64,000 bases of DNA from an uncultured Ignavibacteriaceae bacterium (GTDB lineage Bacteria; Bacteroidota; Ignavibacteria; Ignavibacteriales; Ignavibacteriaceae), in the NCBI GenBank assembly GCA_964499095.1, contig CAZCJF010000004.1, forward strand, positions 22,207 to 86,206, given 5' to 3'. Below are positions 41,701 to 52,263 of the stretch, piece after piece. The notes beneath the pieces are model-generated. The model worked only from the letters and a program-made list of their open reading frames with translations. It had not been told where the DNA came from and searched no databases. Both the position numbers and the translations under genes were made by a program. Numbering within the stretch: the stretch's first letter is position 1; each line of letters opens with the position of its first letter.

Positions 41701-41954
41701 TTGGAATTCCTGGTATTGGTCAATTTGAAGTATCTTTGGATATCCAAAACGTCCTTAACCTTATAAATTCAGAATGGGGTTGGTTCCAAACTACTTCACA
41801 AGATACTTATACTGTCGTAACCTTAAATGGAACTGATCCTGCAACAGGAAGACCTGTTTACAGATTCAGTAAACCTGCGACAAACACCGCCTGGACACCA
41901 TCTGATTTACTTTCAAGATGGCAAATGCAGTTAGGATTGAGATACTCATTCTAA
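38793..41954 (+). CDS. TonB-dependent outer-membrane receptor with N-terminal CarboxypepD_reg-like domain
   Basis: 1053 aa. Signal peptide, GTVVDAKGDPLPGANI (carboxypeptidase-regulatory-like fold), plug and barrel regions, and terminal LGLRYSF. Confidence 0.85.
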   Translation: MIKRYSFLSFFLLILVTIFLAQGSSFAQGVTTSAMNGTVVDAKGDPLPGANIIAVHTPSGTQYGTTSRVDGKYNLNGLRTGGPYLVTVSFVGYKPQESEIPALQLGQNLRVDFTLFEEAVELGDITVVGEKNTILSSNRTGASQNVTARDIQLVPSIGKNFGDLAKLSPQASGNSSSVAGRNNRYNNIQIDGTQYNDLFGLGATGAPGGQTGTNPISIDAIQEFQVIVAPYDVKYGSFTGGGLNAITRSGTNKWTGSIFGYGRNQDLVGKGAFITDNPNTPNNEQDYPEFKEYAAGFRLGGPIIKDKLFLFANGEITRKEQPLSNISLVTGPSTAASLGDQFKNILSSKGMDAGTYGATTLEQPSDKFFFRLDFNQSENHKFTLRHNVVHSYNDILASRNANTQLSFSTLAYRIRNITNSTVLQVNSTFGNNFSNELILGFTSIRDRRAGITDKRPEVRIMREDVLLIAGPDRFSSANELDQDVFEFTNNFSAYLGNHVITVGTHNEFFNFRNLFIRSFYGYYEFNTLADLQNNNPSYYQRVFSQIPGVEKPAARFSVNQLGFYVQDEWTVVPTLKLTAGVRMDVPFLPIKPDFNPLVSENFPGISTADVPSGNIMFSPRFGFNWDVFGNRTTQLRGGVGMFTGRIPYVWMSNNYGNTGTLIAEVNGSGTALGFSVDPFNQPGVGDPGTGAPRVRSEIDLVDPEFKWPQILRANLGIDQELPWNIIGTVEFMYSKSINDLVYEKLNLNPATGTIPGESGRPLYGGTNSYGSRYFDVLLLKNTDEGYQYNLSVQLQRSVALGLSFNLGYTYGVAKDINSVLSSQAQSQIRFNPISGDPNKPPLTYSSFDLGHRGFASVSYSYEFFANSPTTISFFYNIQSGKRFSFTVNGDLNNDGLNGNDLFYIPANESDILVGAVTGGVYVENATQKAELFDFINNNEYLSGNKGKMSERNATRAPWNDLLDVRVSQAVGIPGIGQFEVSLDIQNVLNLINSEWGWFQTTSQDTYTVVTLNGTDPATGRPVYRFSKPATNTAWTPSDLLSRWQMQLGLRYSF

Positions 41955-41973
41955 GCAGGCAAGTTGTAAAATT

Positions 41974-42003
41974 AAAAAGGCGATCTTCGGATCGCCTTTT
42001 TTT
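41974..42003. terminator. Bidirectional rho-independent terminator
   Basis: aaaaa-ggcgatc-ttcg-gatcgcc-ttttttt, between the convergent receptor gene and lepB. Confidence 0.9.
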
Positions 42004-42046
42004 ATGACTATTTTTAATGAGTGATTAACTACTGCAGGAGTAAATA

Positions 42047-42991
42047 TTAATTAAGCAATTTTAATATTCTGTCAGGTCTAATTGAAGCAAGTAATTTAAA
42101 CAGTTGAGAGAAAGGAATATCTCTGTCCCAGGAAAAGAGAGTTATAAATGCTTCGCCGACTACTGCATCTCTTGCAACCAGACCCCAGAATCTGCTGTCC
42201 AAACTATCGTCTCTGTTATCGCCCATCATAAAGTAATAATCTTTTTTGAATGTATAAGATGAAACAGGAATACCTTCTATCGTTACAGTATTATTTATTA
42301 TCTCAACAACTCTCTTTCCATATTCTCTGTCAATTGTTGTTCTCCACTGCTCAACGCTGTAAATGTTAAGTGGAATTTTCATTCCTTTTTTCGGGATTAC
42401 CAAGGGACCGTAATTATCTTCATTCCATGGCATTCCTTTCGGGAATATTCTCGGTTCGGCAAATCCTTTTGGTATTGGTCTAAGATAACTTGCGTACTGC
42501 CCACGATAATATTTTATGTGTGGCGGTCTCCAGAATTCTTTGCCATTCACAAATACAACTTTATCTTTAATCTCAACTGTATCTCCGGGTGTACCAATGC
42601 ATCGCTTAACATAATTAACACCTTTTTCAGTTGGTTCAAGTTGGTCTCTGTCACCCGGATACTCAAAGACTACAATATCTTTTGGTTTAGGATCTTTGAA
42701 AGCCGGTAATGTGAAATAGGGAAGAGCTATTTCTGTAAATGGAATATAACGTGGTGAACTTGAACCGTAAATAAATTTATTAACAAGAACAAAATCTCCA
42801 ACAAGAATTGTATCTTCCATTGAGCCGGTTGGTATGCGGGTATTCTGAATGATAAATGTTATTATAAAAAGAGCAGCAATTCCTGCAAATAAAAGTTGTT
42901 TAAAAAATTCCTTAACTTTTCCAACGAATGTAGTTGGTTTAGGTTTTTCTTTTTTCTTAAAAAAGTTTTTTAGTTTATCACTGAGTGACAC
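42047..42991 (-). CDS. lepB: Signal peptidase I
   Basis: N-terminal TM. Catalytic Ser box PTGSMEDTI, Lys box VKRCIG, and GDNRDDSLDSRFWG. Confidence 0.9.
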   Translation of the reverse strand: MSLSDKLKNFFKKKEKPKPTTFVGKVKEFFKQLLFAGIAALFIITFIIQNTRIPTGSMEDTILVGDFVLVNKFIYGSSSPRYIPFTEIALPYFTLPAFKDPKPKDIVVFEYPGDRDQLEPTEKGVNYVKRCIGTPGDTVEIKDKVVFVNGKEFWRPPHIKYYRGQYASYLRPIPKGFAEPRIFPKGMPWNEDNYGPLVIPKKGMKIPLNIYSVEQWRTTIDREYGKRVVEIINNTVTIEGIPVSSYTFKKDYYFMMGDNRDDSLDSRFWGLVARDAVVGEAFITLFSWDRDIPFSQLFKLLASIRPDRILKLLN

Positions 42992-42992
42992 G

Positions 42993-44432
42993 TTATTTCT
43001 CCGAAAGTTTTTTTCTTAAAATTTCATTAACAATTTTTGGATTTGCTTTCCCTTTGGTTTCTTTCATCACCTGACCGACAAAAAATCCAAATACTTTTTC
43101 TTTGCCGGATTTAAATTCTTCTACCTGGGTCAGATTTTCAGAAATTACTTTATCAATTATGTTTTCAATTTCAGAAGTATCAGAGATCTGAACAAGATTT
43201 TTTGATTTTACTATTTCTTCCGGATCCAGATCATTCTCAAGCATCTCTGCAAAAACTTCTTTTGCAATTTTTCCGCTTATTGTAGCGTTGTTTATCAAAT
43301 TTATTAGCTTGCCCAAATTTACAGGGCTGATAGGGAAATCAGAAATATCAATTTTTTTATCATTGATTACAGCCATCACTTCACCTGTAATCCAATTGCT
43401 TGTCATCTTAGATTCATTACTTACAGATACCGCTTCTTCAAAATAATTAGCTAACTGCTTTGTTTGGGTTAGTATCTGAGCATCGTATTGGGATAAAGAA
43501 TAATTCGTAATAAATCTTTGCAACTTACTATCCGGCAGCTCGGGTAGATTTTTTTCAATTTCCAGTTTCCATTTATTATCAACAATAACCGGAAGCAAAT
43601 CGGGATCAGGAAAATATCTGTAATCGTGAGCTTCTTCTTTACTGCGCATTGGAAATGCTTCGTTCAAATCTGCATCCCACAGTAATGTTTGTTGTATAAT
43701 TTTTTCTCCTTCTTCAATTAATTCAATCTGCCTTTTAATTTCGTATTCAATTGCCCGCTCAACATTTCTGAAAGAGTTCATATTTTTAATTTCGGTTTTG
43801 ACACCAAAATTTTTCTCACCTTTCAGACGAACTGATACATTTGCATCACAACGCAGTGAGCCTTCTTCCATATTAGCATCACAAATTTCCAGATATTGAA
43901 CTATCTGCTTTATTTTGGATAGATAAAGATATGCTTCTTCTGGTGTTCTGATATCGGGTTCGCTAACAATTTCAATTAACGGTACACCACAGCGGTTTAC
44001 ATCAACAAGTGAATAATTTGTCGAGGTGTGAATAGATTTACCGGCATCTTCTTCCATATGGATTCGTGTAATCCCAATCTTATTGAGATAACCATCTTTA
44101 GTTTTGATTTCTATGAATCCATTTTCACAAATTGGTTCTTCATATTGAGATATCTGATATCCTTTAGGAAGATCGGGATAAAAATAATTTTTTCTTGCGA
44201 AGATAGATTGTTGATTAATCTTACAGTTGGTTGCTAATCCCATAAGCACAGTAAACTCAACAACTTTTTTATTTAGAACGGGCAAAACTCCCGGATGACC
44301 AAGGCAAACAGGGCAAACATTGCTGTTTGGGTCAACACCAAATTTTGTAGAACAACCGCAAAATGCTTTTGATTCAGTTGAAAGCTGAGCGTGAACTTCT
44401 AAACCAATTACTGCTTCGTATTTTGTATTCAT
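42993..44432 (-). CDS. gatB: Asp-tRNA(Asn)/Glu-tRNA(Gln) amidotransferase subunit B
   Basis: 479 aa. [25 protein letters not shown], and a C-terminal YqeY-like tail. Confidence 0.92.
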   Translation of the reverse strand: MNTKYEAVIGLEVHAQLSTESKAFCGCSTKFGVDPNSNVCPVCLGHPGVLPVLNKKVVEFTVLMGLATNCKINQQSIFARKNYFYPDLPKGYQISQYEEPICENGFIEIKTKDGYLNKIGITRIHMEEDAGKSIHTSTNYSLVDVNRCGVPLIEIVSEPDIRTPEEAYLYLSKIKQIVQYLEICDANMEEGSLRCDANVSVRLKGEKNFGVKTEIKNMNSFRNVERAIEYEIKRQIELIEEGEKIIQQTLLWDADLNEAFPMRSKEEAHDYRYFPDPDLLPVIVDNKWKLEIEKNLPELPDSKLQRFITNYSLSQYDAQILTQTKQLANYFEEAVSVSNESKMTSNWITGEVMAVINDKKIDISDFPISPVNLGKLINLINNATISGKIAKEVFAEMLENDLDPEEIVKSKNLVQISDTSEIENIIDKVISENLTQVEEFKSGKEKVFGFFVGQVMKETKGKANPKIVNEILRKKLSEK

Positions 44433-44588
44433 ATTATTAAGTTATTTCGCGGGCAAATATATGTATGATGCACTTTATATAGAAAGATTAAAATATCACT
44501 ATTTTGTTGTCAGGATATTTTTAATTATCAACGGTTTCAATAATATATAATTGTAAAATTATTTATTTCTTCATCACATTAAATAAAT

Positions 44589-46106
44589 ATGCAAAGAGTT
44601 CAGAAGATAGGATTTATACTTGGTGCTCTTTCATTCATTTTAATTTATATTTTTTTTAATCCGGACCCTGCCAATCCTCAAATCGGTAAAGTTGCAGCCA
44701 TTGCTGTTTTGATGGCGGTTTGGTGGATGACAGAAGCTCTGCCGTTAGCGGCAACTTCATTAGCTCCGCTTATTTTCTTTCCGCTGTTTGGAGTTATTTC
44801 GGGCTCAGATATCGCGGCTTCATACATAAATTCAGTTATATTTTTATTCATTGGTGGATTTATGATTGCCATAGCGATGGAAAACTGGGGATTGCATAAG
44901 AGAATCGCACTTAAAATCATATCTGTTTTTGGAGGTACACCAAATTCAATTTTATTTGGTTTTATGCTCTCATCATTTTTTCTGTCAATGTGGATATCAA
45001 ACACGGCCACTGCTGTTATGATGCTTCCGATAGCTCTTGCTGTAATAAGTAAAATTGAAAATGATTTTGGAAAAGAAAAATCATCTGGTTTTTCAAAATC
45101 AGTTTTACTGGGCATAGCATATTCCTGCTCGATTGGTGGAATTTCAACACTGATTGGAACCCCTCCAAACCTGGCTTTGGTCAGAATTCATAAAATAATT
45201 TTTCCTGATGCACCGCAGATTTCCTTTGGTGAATGGATGATGCTTGCACTGCCAATTTCTATAATGCTGATTTTTATCACTGCTTTTGTGCTGTCAAAAA
45301 TTTTTTTTAAAACAGATTCGCATATCAGAGTTACAAAAGATTTTGTTAAAAATGAGTATAACTCACTAGGTAAAACTTCTTTTGCAGAAAAAGTAATAGC
45401 TATAGTGTTTGCATTAACTTCTCTTCTTTGGATTTTCAGGACTGACCTCGACTTAGGATTTCTAAAAATTACAGGTTGGGCATCTTACTTTGCTGTTCCT
45501 GATTTTATTGATGACGGCACGATTGCAATAACAATGGCTTTTATATTATTCTTAATTCCATCAAAAGATGAAAAGCAAAAGCAAATTCTTGGTGCAAATG
45601 TTTTTGAACAAATACCCTGGGGAATAATTTTATTATTTGGGGGCGGCTTTGCTCTGGCAACTGCTTTCAGTAAAAGTGGTTTATCCGATTTTATTGGTCA
45701 GCAATTTAAAGGCGTAGCTCACATTAATATTTTATTCTTGCTGCTGATAATAAATTTTTCAATAAATTTTTTAACGGAGCTAACTTCAAACACTGCTACA
45801 ACACAGATGATATTGCCCATATTGGCTTCTGTAGCAGTTGCAATGGGTGTTAATCCATTACTTCTTATGATAGCGGCAACACTTTCTGCTTCTATGGCCT
45901 TTATGATGCCGGTAGGAACACCACCAAATACGATAGTCTTTGCCGGAAGAAGATTAAAAGTCTCTGACATGGCAAAAACCGGTTTTGCACTCAACATAAT
46001 CAGTGTGATAATAATAACAGTAATGGTTTTTTATATCGGTACAATAATTTTTAAGCTGGACGTTTTTCCTGATTGGGCACTGTCAAGGTTGGTCTTTATC
46101 AAATAA
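44589..46106 (+). CDS. DASS/SLC13-family sodium-coupled anion (di/tricarboxylate or sulfate) symporter
   Basis: 505 aa, polytopic. Two SNT hairpin motifs (ISNTATAVMMLP and LTSNTATTQMILP). Confidence 0.8.
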   Translation: MQRVQKIGFILGALSFILIYIFFNPDPANPQIGKVAAIAVLMAVWWMTEALPLAATSLAPLIFFPLFGVISGSDIAASYINSVIFLFIGGFMIAIAMENWGLHKRIALKIISVFGGTPNSILFGFMLSSFFLSMWISNTATAVMMLPIALAVISKIENDFGKEKSSGFSKSVLLGIAYSCSIGGISTLIGTPPNLALVRIHKIIFPDAPQISFGEWMMLALPISIMLIFITAFVLSKIFFKTDSHIRVTKDFVKNEYNSLGKTSFAEKVIAIVFALTSLLWIFRTDLDLGFLKITGWASYFAVPDFIDDGTIAITMAFILFLIPSKDEKQKQILGANVFEQIPWGIILLFGGGFALATAFSKSGLSDFIGQQFKGVAHINILFLLLIINFSINFLTELTSNTATTQMILPILASVAVAMGVNPLLLMIAATLSASMAFMMPVGTPPNTIVFAGRRLKVSDMAKTGFALNIISVIIITVMVFYIGTIIFKLDVFPDWALSRLVFIK

Positions 46107-46237
46107 GTTCAAATATGAAGTAAAAGTTATTCACTTTATTTATATTTATAACGCTAATTATGAATGTTTTAATTTTAATCTAGAATCACATCAACTTTTA
46201 ATCAATCGATGCTAAAATTTTATCTTGTGGGTTAATA

Positions 46238-48085
46238 ATGTTTGTTTTTAAATCAGTTCAAAAAATATATTCATTTGAAACGCAGTCTGCAGCAATCCCA
46301 TTAAGGAGTGAAGTTGAGGAAAAATATAAATGGAATCTGACTGATATCTACGGAAGCGATGAAGAATGGGAGGCAGAGTTAAAGTGGGTTGAAAATAATT
46401 TGAATCAGTATAAAAAATTTGAGGGAAAATTATCGGACTCCCCTGAAAAACTTTTAGCCTGCTTTAAGTTTGATGAAAAAATCGGCAGCAAACTGGAAAG
46501 ATTGTATTTATATGCGATGCTATCAAAGGATAGCGATATGAGTAACACTAAGTATCAGGCATTTGATGACAGAATTAAAGCGGTATATTCAAAGGCTATG
46601 ACTGCCAGCGCTTTCATCAAACCGGAGCTTTTGCAACTTGATGAGAAAAAATTATTAGGAATGATTAATTCACTTCCTGAACTTAAAATTTACAAACATT
46701 CGATTGATGATCTGCTTCGATTTAAAGCTCATACCCTTACAAAACGAGAAGAAGAGCTTTTGGCAATGGCTGGAGAAATTTCACAGGTGCCTTACAACAC
46801 TTATTCTATTTTTACAAATGCTGATTTGAAATTTCCAACAGTTAAGGACAGCAGCGGGAATGATTTTGAAATATCACATGCCAGATATTATTCTGCTCTT
46901 TACTCAAAAGACAGAACTTATCGTGAGAATACATTCAAGGCTTATCTGGGTTCTTACAAAAATTATTCAAACTCATTAGCCGCATTATTTAATGGTAACC
47001 TTAAGACTAATATCTTTTTTGCAAAAGCCAGAGGATACAAATCAGCAAAAGAAGCTGCACTTCATAAGAACAATATTCCGGTTTCTGTATATGATAATCT
47101 TATTGATGCTGTTAATGGAAATTTTGAGCCAATGTACCGGTGGGCTTCATTAAAGAAAAAATTATTAAATGTTACTGAGCTGCATCCTTATGATGTTTAT
47201 GTAACATTATTTGATCCTAAACTGGAAAAAAAATATTCATACGAAGAAGCAAAAGAGATAGTATTAAATTCACTGAATGTGATGGGTAAGGAATATCAGG
47301 ATTCTGTCTTAAAAGCTTTCAACAACAGATGGATTGATGTTTATGAAACCAAAGCAAAACGCAGCGGAGCTTATTCATCAGGTACAACCTATGGTGTTCA
47401 TCCTTATGTATTGTTGAACTGGACTGATTTACTAAATGATGTCTTTACTCTCGCTCACGAGATGGGACACAATATGCATTCTTATTTTACCGGATTAAAT
47501 CAGCCTTTTGTTTATGCTAATTATTCTATCTTCCTCGCTGAAGTTGCATCAACATTTAATGAAAATTTGCTGCTGGATTATCTGATTGAAAATTCAAAAT
47601 CCAGAGATGAAAAACTTTTTTTGATTGAAAAATATTTAAACAACATTACAACAACTGTTTTCAGACAAGTTATGTTTGCTGAGTTTGAATCAGTTACTTA
47701 TCAAAAAGTTGAAAATGGTGGAGCGTTAACAACTGATGATTTGTGCAAACTCTATGGTGATTTATTTCAGAAATATTGGGGACCCGAAATGGTTATTGAT
47801 GATGAGGAAAGATTTACCTGGTCCCGCGTCCCACATTTTTACTACAATTTTTATGTTTATCAGTACGCAACGGGATTTGCCGCATCAGAGGCGCTTGCGG
47901 CAAAAGTAAAATCAGAGGGTGAATCTGCAGTTAAACAGTATCTGGAGTTTCTAAAAGCCGGCAGTTCGGATTATCCTATAAACATATTAAAAAATGCTGG
48001 TGTAAATATGAACTCTGTTGAGCCTATCCTTGCAGTTACAAGAAAAATGAATCAACTATTAGATGAAATAGAAAAAATTTTATGA
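46238..48085 (+). CDS. pepF: Oligoendopeptidase F (M3B family)
   Basis: 615 aa. HEMGHNMHSYF zinc motif with a downstream FLAEVAS glutamate. Confidence 0.85.
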   Translation: MFVFKSVQKIYSFETQSAAIPLRSEVEEKYKWNLTDIYGSDEEWEAELKWVENNLNQYKKFEGKLSDSPEKLLACFKFDEKIGSKLERLYLYAMLSKDSDMSNTKYQAFDDRIKAVYSKAMTASAFIKPELLQLDEKKLLGMINSLPELKIYKHSIDDLLRFKAHTLTKREEELLAMAGEISQVPYNTYSIFTNADLKFPTVKDSSGNDFEISHARYYSALYSKDRTYRENTFKAYLGSYKNYSNSLAALFNGNLKTNIFFAKARGYKSAKEAALHKNNIPVSVYDNLIDAVNGNFEPMYRWASLKKKLLNVTELHPYDVYVTLFDPKLEKKYSYEEAKEIVLNSLNVMGKEYQDSVLKAFNNRWIDVYETKAKRSGAYSSGTTYGVHPYVLLNWTDLLNDVFTLAHEMGHNMHSYFTGLNQPFVYANYSIFLAEVASTFNENLLLDYLIENSKSRDEKLFLIEKYLNNITTTVFRQVMFAEFESVTYQKVENGGALTTDDLCKLYGDLFQKYWGPEMVIDDEERFTWSRVPHFYYNFYVYQYATGFAASEALAAKVKSEGESAVKQYLEFLKAGSSDYPINILKNAGVNMNSVEPILAVTRKMNQLLDEIEKIL

Positions 48086-48101
48086 TTAAATAAGGACTAA
48101 A

Positions 48102-49115
48102 ATGAAAGTTTACACAAAAAAAGAATTAACACAGTATAATCAATCTTTAACTTATGATGATATTAGTCTAATCCCCACACAGATTTCCAGAATAAAATCC
48201 AGAGCTCAGGTTTCAACATCCTGTAGTTTTTTAGGCCTGAAATTAAATTTACCGGTTATCTCAAGTCCGATGGATTCTGTTACCGGAATAGAAATGGCAA
48301 AAGAACTTACAAAATTAGGATGCATCGGTATAGTTAATCGTTTCGATTCTTCTCTTGACACAGTTTTAAATGCAAGAAATGGACGGGGAATTAAAGCTGT
48401 ATCGATTGCCCTAAATACGGATATGGCAACAATTGAAAAGATTGTAGAAAAAAAATATCTTATTTGCATTGATACAGCTAATGCAAACAATAAAGAAGTT
48501 TTAAAGAAAACAGAAACAATAAAGAAAAAATTCGACGTAAAAATTATTGTTGGAAACATCGCTCACGGTGCAAGCCTTCATCATCTTGTGGATGCAGGTG
48601 CAGACGCAGTAAGAGTTGGTATTGGTAGCGGGAGCGTTTGTACAACTTCCATTCAGACTGGCATTGGTATTGGGCAGGTATCATCCATCTTAAATATTTA
48701 TCACACAAGAGAGGAAAAGAAACTTAAGATTAAAATTATTGCTGATGGAGGAATTAAAAGTCCCGGTGATGTAGCCAAAGCAATTGCCCTGGGTGCAGAT
48801 ATGGTTATGCTTGGTAGAATGCTTTCAGGCACAAGAGAAACTCCCGGTGAAGTCATTAAATATAATGGTCAGCTTTGGAAGAAATATCGCGGCTCCGCTT
48901 CATTTGGAGTTAAGATGCGTAATGAATTTATCGAAGGTGAAGAAACAATGGTAGCTTACAAAGGTGCAGTTAAAAATGTGATTGATGGAATTTCAGACGG
49001 ACTCAGAAGCTCAATGAGCTATATGAATTGTTTCTCACTCGATGAATTAAGAAAAACTGAAACCTTTGCAATATTGAGCAACAGTTCATATCTGGAGCGA
49101 TTACCAAGAATTTAG
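48102..49115 (+). CDS. guaC: GMP reductase-like IMPDH/GMPR family oxidoreductase (no CBS insert)
   Basis: 337 aa. CIDTANA, catalytic loop [15 protein letters not shown], and GADMVMLG. The layout matches GuaC rather than GuaB. Confidence 0.65.
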   Translation: MKVYTKKELTQYNQSLTYDDISLIPTQISRIKSRAQVSTSCSFLGLKLNLPVISSPMDSVTGIEMAKELTKLGCIGIVNRFDSSLDTVLNARNGRGIKAVSIALNTDMATIEKIVEKKYLICIDTANANNKEVLKKTETIKKKFDVKIIVGNIAHGASLHHLVDAGADAVRVGIGSGSVCTTSIQTGIGIGQVSSILNIYHTREEKKLKIKIIADGGIKSPGDVAKAIALGADMVMLGRMLSGTRETPGEVIKYNGQLWKKYRGSASFGVKMRNEFIEGEETMVAYKGAVKNVIDGISDGLRSSMSYMNCFSLDELRKTETFAILSNSSYLERLPRI

Positions 49116-49140
49116 TAAGATGAATTTTATAAAAATATTT

Positions 49141-49161
49141 AAACCGGACTTAGTCCGGTTT
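49141..49161. terminator. Hairpin between the convergent guaC-like gene and copA (possible bidirectional terminator)
   Basis: aaaccggac-tta-gtccggttt followed by tatttttttt. The 3' arm touches the copA stop codon. Confidence 0.7.
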
Positions 49162-51383
49162 TATTTTTTTGCTCGTAATCGTAAGGAGTTACTTACCACA
49201 GAAACAGAACTGAATGACATTGCGAGTGCAGCAAACATTGGATTAAGCAAACCAAATGCTGCAAGAGGAATTCCGATAACATTATAAAAAAATGCCCAGA
49301 ACAAATTTTGTTTTACTGTTCTGATTGTCTGTTTTGAGAGTAAGATAGCATTCACAACTCCATTTAAATCTCCATTCATAAGAACCACTCCTGCACTTTC
49401 AATTGCTACATCTGTTCCGGTACCAATAGCAATACCAACATCACTCTTGGCCAGTGCTGGTGCATCATTTATGCCATCTCCAACCATAATTACTTTTTTG
49501 CCCATTCCCTGATACTTAGTTACAACATCTGATTTATTCCAGGGAAGAACCCCGGCTTCAAAATTATCTATACCTATCTTTTCGGCTACTGATTTTGTCG
49601 ATTGAAAATTATCTCCGGAAAGGAGTACAGTGTTAATTCTCATCTTTTTGATTGCAGAAATAATTTCGGATGCATTTTCCTTAACAGTATCCGAAATAGT
49701 TATGTAACCAAGTAAAATATTATCATAAGATAAATAGATTATTGAACCATCAACCTTATCTACATTTTTAATTTGATTAATCGTTTCTGGAGAAATTCCA
49801 TTATCCTTTAACAATGCATCATTACCTGCAACTATTTTTTTGTTGTCAATAAATCCAATAATTCCTTTACCGGGAATTGCCTGAAAATCAGAGACCGCCT
49901 GCATTTGAATGTTTTGTGCATTTGCATAACTCACAATTGCTTTAGCAATCGGATGCTCAGATTTTGATTCTATAGATGCCAGGATTGAAATAAATCTTTC
50001 TTTGGTAGTTTGAATTGTTTCTACTTTGTTTACAGAAAGAATACCTTCTGTTATAGTTCCGGTTTTATCAAAAATAATTGTATCGGCTTCCTGAACTTTT
50101 TCAAGACTTTCACCATTCTTGAATAATATGCCGTTCTGAGCCGCCTTCCCCATCCCAACAATCAACGCAGTTGGTGTAGCTAATCCAAGCGCGCAGGGAC
50201 AAGCGATTATCAGCACAGCAATAAAGTTTGTAAGAGCCTGGCTAAAATTATCCGGTAAAATCAATAGCCAAATAATAAAAGTTATGATGCTAATTATTAC
50301 AACAACAGGTACGAAGACAGAGGCAATTTTATCAGCTAAATTTTGAACTGGTGCTTTTGAACTTTGTGCATCTTCAACAAGTTTTATAATCTGCCCGAGT
50401 ACAGTATTCTCACCAATTGTCTTAACTTCAAATTCAATATATCCATTAAGATTAACCGTACCAGCAATTACTTTTGAACCAATCATTTTTTCAACAGGAA
50501 TACTTTCTCCTGTTATCATTGCTTCGTTAATACTTGATGTACCATAAACTACAATTCCATCAGCAGGGATTTTATTGCCCGGTTTTATTATTACCACATC
50601 TCCGATTTCTAATTCGTCAAGTTTTTTTTCTACCTCTTTACCATCAATTTTAACAATAGCAGATTTTGGTTGTAATTCAATTAACTTTTTAATAGCGCTG
50701 CCTGTTTTTGCTTTTGCACGATTCTCAAGCCATCTTCCCAATAGAATCAGAGTAATAATAACTGCAGTCGTATCAAAATAGACATGATGATTTTTATGAT
50801 TAAACCATTCCGGAAATAAAGCAATTATCAGGCTATATAAATAAGCTGAGCCTGTTCCTATTGCAACCAGTGAATTCATATCTGCTGTAAAATGCTTCAG
50901 ATTATTCCAGAAAATTCTGAAAAATCTTTTACCTGAAATGAAAACAATTGGAGTGGTTAGGATAAGAAGTAACTTATTTATTTGATCAACTGAAAAATAA
51001 TTTTTTAAGAAGAAACCATCCCACATAATCCCCATATTCACTATCAGGATTGGCACTGTAAGAATTAGTGCAAGCAGGAAATCTTTTTTTAACTCTGTTA
51101 AAAAAACATTTTGTTTATCTTCCTGTGGTAGCTGGACTGCTTTTTTTGAGTTTGTAATTGATAGATCCAGTTTATATCCAGCATCATCTACCTTTTGTGC
51201 AACAAGATTTAGATCAATATTTTCAGGATCATATTCAAAAGTTACCTTTTCAGTGGCAAGGTTAACATTTACATTTTTAATACCTTCGATTTTTGAAATA
51301 GTTTTTTCAACGCGACTAACGCAGCTTGCGCAAGTCATTCCCTCAACCGGTAAAGTAATCTTTTCGGATTTTATTTCTTTCAT
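49161..51383 (-). CDS. copA: Copper-translocating P1B-type ATPase
   Basis: 740 aa. N-terminal GMTCASC metal-binding domain, CPC in IACPCALGL, DKTGT, and GDGINDAP. Confidence 0.92.
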   Translation of the reverse strand: MKEIKSEKITLPVEGMTCASCVSRVEKTISKIEGIKNVNVNLATEKVTFEYDPENIDLNLVAQKVDDAGYKLDLSITNSKKAVQLPQEDKQNVFLTELKKDFLLALILTVPILIVNMGIMWDGFFLKNYFSVDQINKLLLILTTPIVFISGKRFFRIFWNNLKHFTADMNSLVAIGTGSAYLYSLIIALFPEWFNHKNHHVYFDTTAVIITLILLGRWLENRAKAKTGSAIKKLIELQPKSAIVKIDGKEVEKKLDELEIGDVVIIKPGNKIPADGIVVYGTSSINEAMITGESIPVEKMIGSKVIAGTVNLNGYIEFEVKTIGENTVLGQIIKLVEDAQSSKAPVQNLADKIASVFVPVVVIISIITFIIWLLILPDNFSQALTNFIAVLIIACPCALGLATPTALIVGMGKAAQNGILFKNGESLEKVQEADTIIFDKTGTITEGILSVNKVETIQTTKERFISILASIESKSEHPIAKAIVSYANAQNIQMQAVSDFQAIPGKGIIGFIDNKKIVAGNDALLKDNGISPETINQIKNVDKVDGSIIYLSYDNILLGYITISDTVKENASEIISAIKKMRINTVLLSGDNFQSTKSVAEKIGIDNFEAGVLPWNKSDVVTKYQGMGKKVIMVGDGINDAPALAKSDVGIAIGTGTDVAIESAGVVLMNGDLNGVVNAILLSKQTIRTVKQNLFWAFFYNVIGIPLAAFGLLNPMFAALAMSFSSVSVVSNSLRLRAKK

Positions 51384-51393
51384 AAGAATTATT

Positions 51394-51591
51394 TTATTCT
51401 ACTACGTAATAACCTGCCTCAGTTATTGAGTTTTTAATTTCATCAAGAGTTACTAAAGTCTCATCAAACTCAACTGAAACTTCACCAATTTTTACATCAA
51501 GATTTTGCACCGGCAGCTTCGTGATTTCTTTTTTTACTGCCATTACACAATGATTACAGGTCATACCTTCTACTTTTAATTCTGCTTTCAC
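51394..51591 (-). CDS. copZ: Copper chaperone CopZ (HMA domain)
   Basis: 65 aa. GMTCNHC motif. Ends 10 nt upstream of the copA start. Confidence 0.88.
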   Translation of the reverse strand: MKAELKVEGMTCNHCVMAVKKEITKLPVQNLDVKIGEVSVEFDETLVTLDEIKNSITEAGYYVVE

Positions 51592-51685
51592 TTAAATCCT
51601 TTCAGAGTTTATTCTTGTAAATAATAAATAAAAATAATAATACAATCTTTAATAACTAAAATAATTCAGCAGGATAAAAAAATTA

Positions 51686-52036
51686 TCACTTCTTAATGAA
51701 TAGCTTATGGGGATTATGCTTCTTGATTTCTCTTGAATTGTCTTTAGAAATTTTTGTCAGTCCCGGATTAAAGACAACAAATTTTTTCTGTGGTTTACTT
51801 TGATTGGAGGAGGAAATTGAGCTATCAAATAAATTTAGATCAGATGTTCCATCATTATAATTGGGATTAATTTCTGATTGTTGTTTGGATTTCTTCTCAA
51901 GTTTTTTTCTTGTTTTATATCCAAAATAGGAAAGAAATAAAGCAGCCAAAATAATGATGGCAATACTGGTAAGAACTATTAAAATGATTTCTATCAACTG
52001 CAAGAATTTATCTCCAATAATAAAAACAAATATCAA
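51686..52036 (-). CDS. Small membrane-anchored Ser/Lys-rich protein, unknown function
   Basis: 116 aa. One hydrophobic helix (IILIVLTSIAIIILAALFLSYF), then a low-complexity tail. No family recognised. Confidence 0.4.
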   Translation of the reverse strand: MIFVFIIGDKFLQLIEIILIVLTSIAIIILAALFLSYFGYKTRKKLEKKSKQQSEINPNYNDGTSDLNLFDSSISSSNQSKPQKKFVVFNPGLTKISKDNSREIKKHNPHKLFIKK

Positions 52037-52263
52037 TCATCATACCACCAAAATTAAAGCAAATTTTAGAATAAATTACTTTAAAGATCTTGCATCGTTT
52101 GAGAATATTTTTCAAAATGAGAATTTGAGGGAGTTATCGAAGGTGCAATACTAAATTGATTATCTAATTTATTATAAAATAATAAGTTAAGTTTGATTTT
52201 ACTGTAAATGTTTGATATTTTTGACGTCCCAATTCAGATATCTTAAAAAATATAGGTGTTTAA

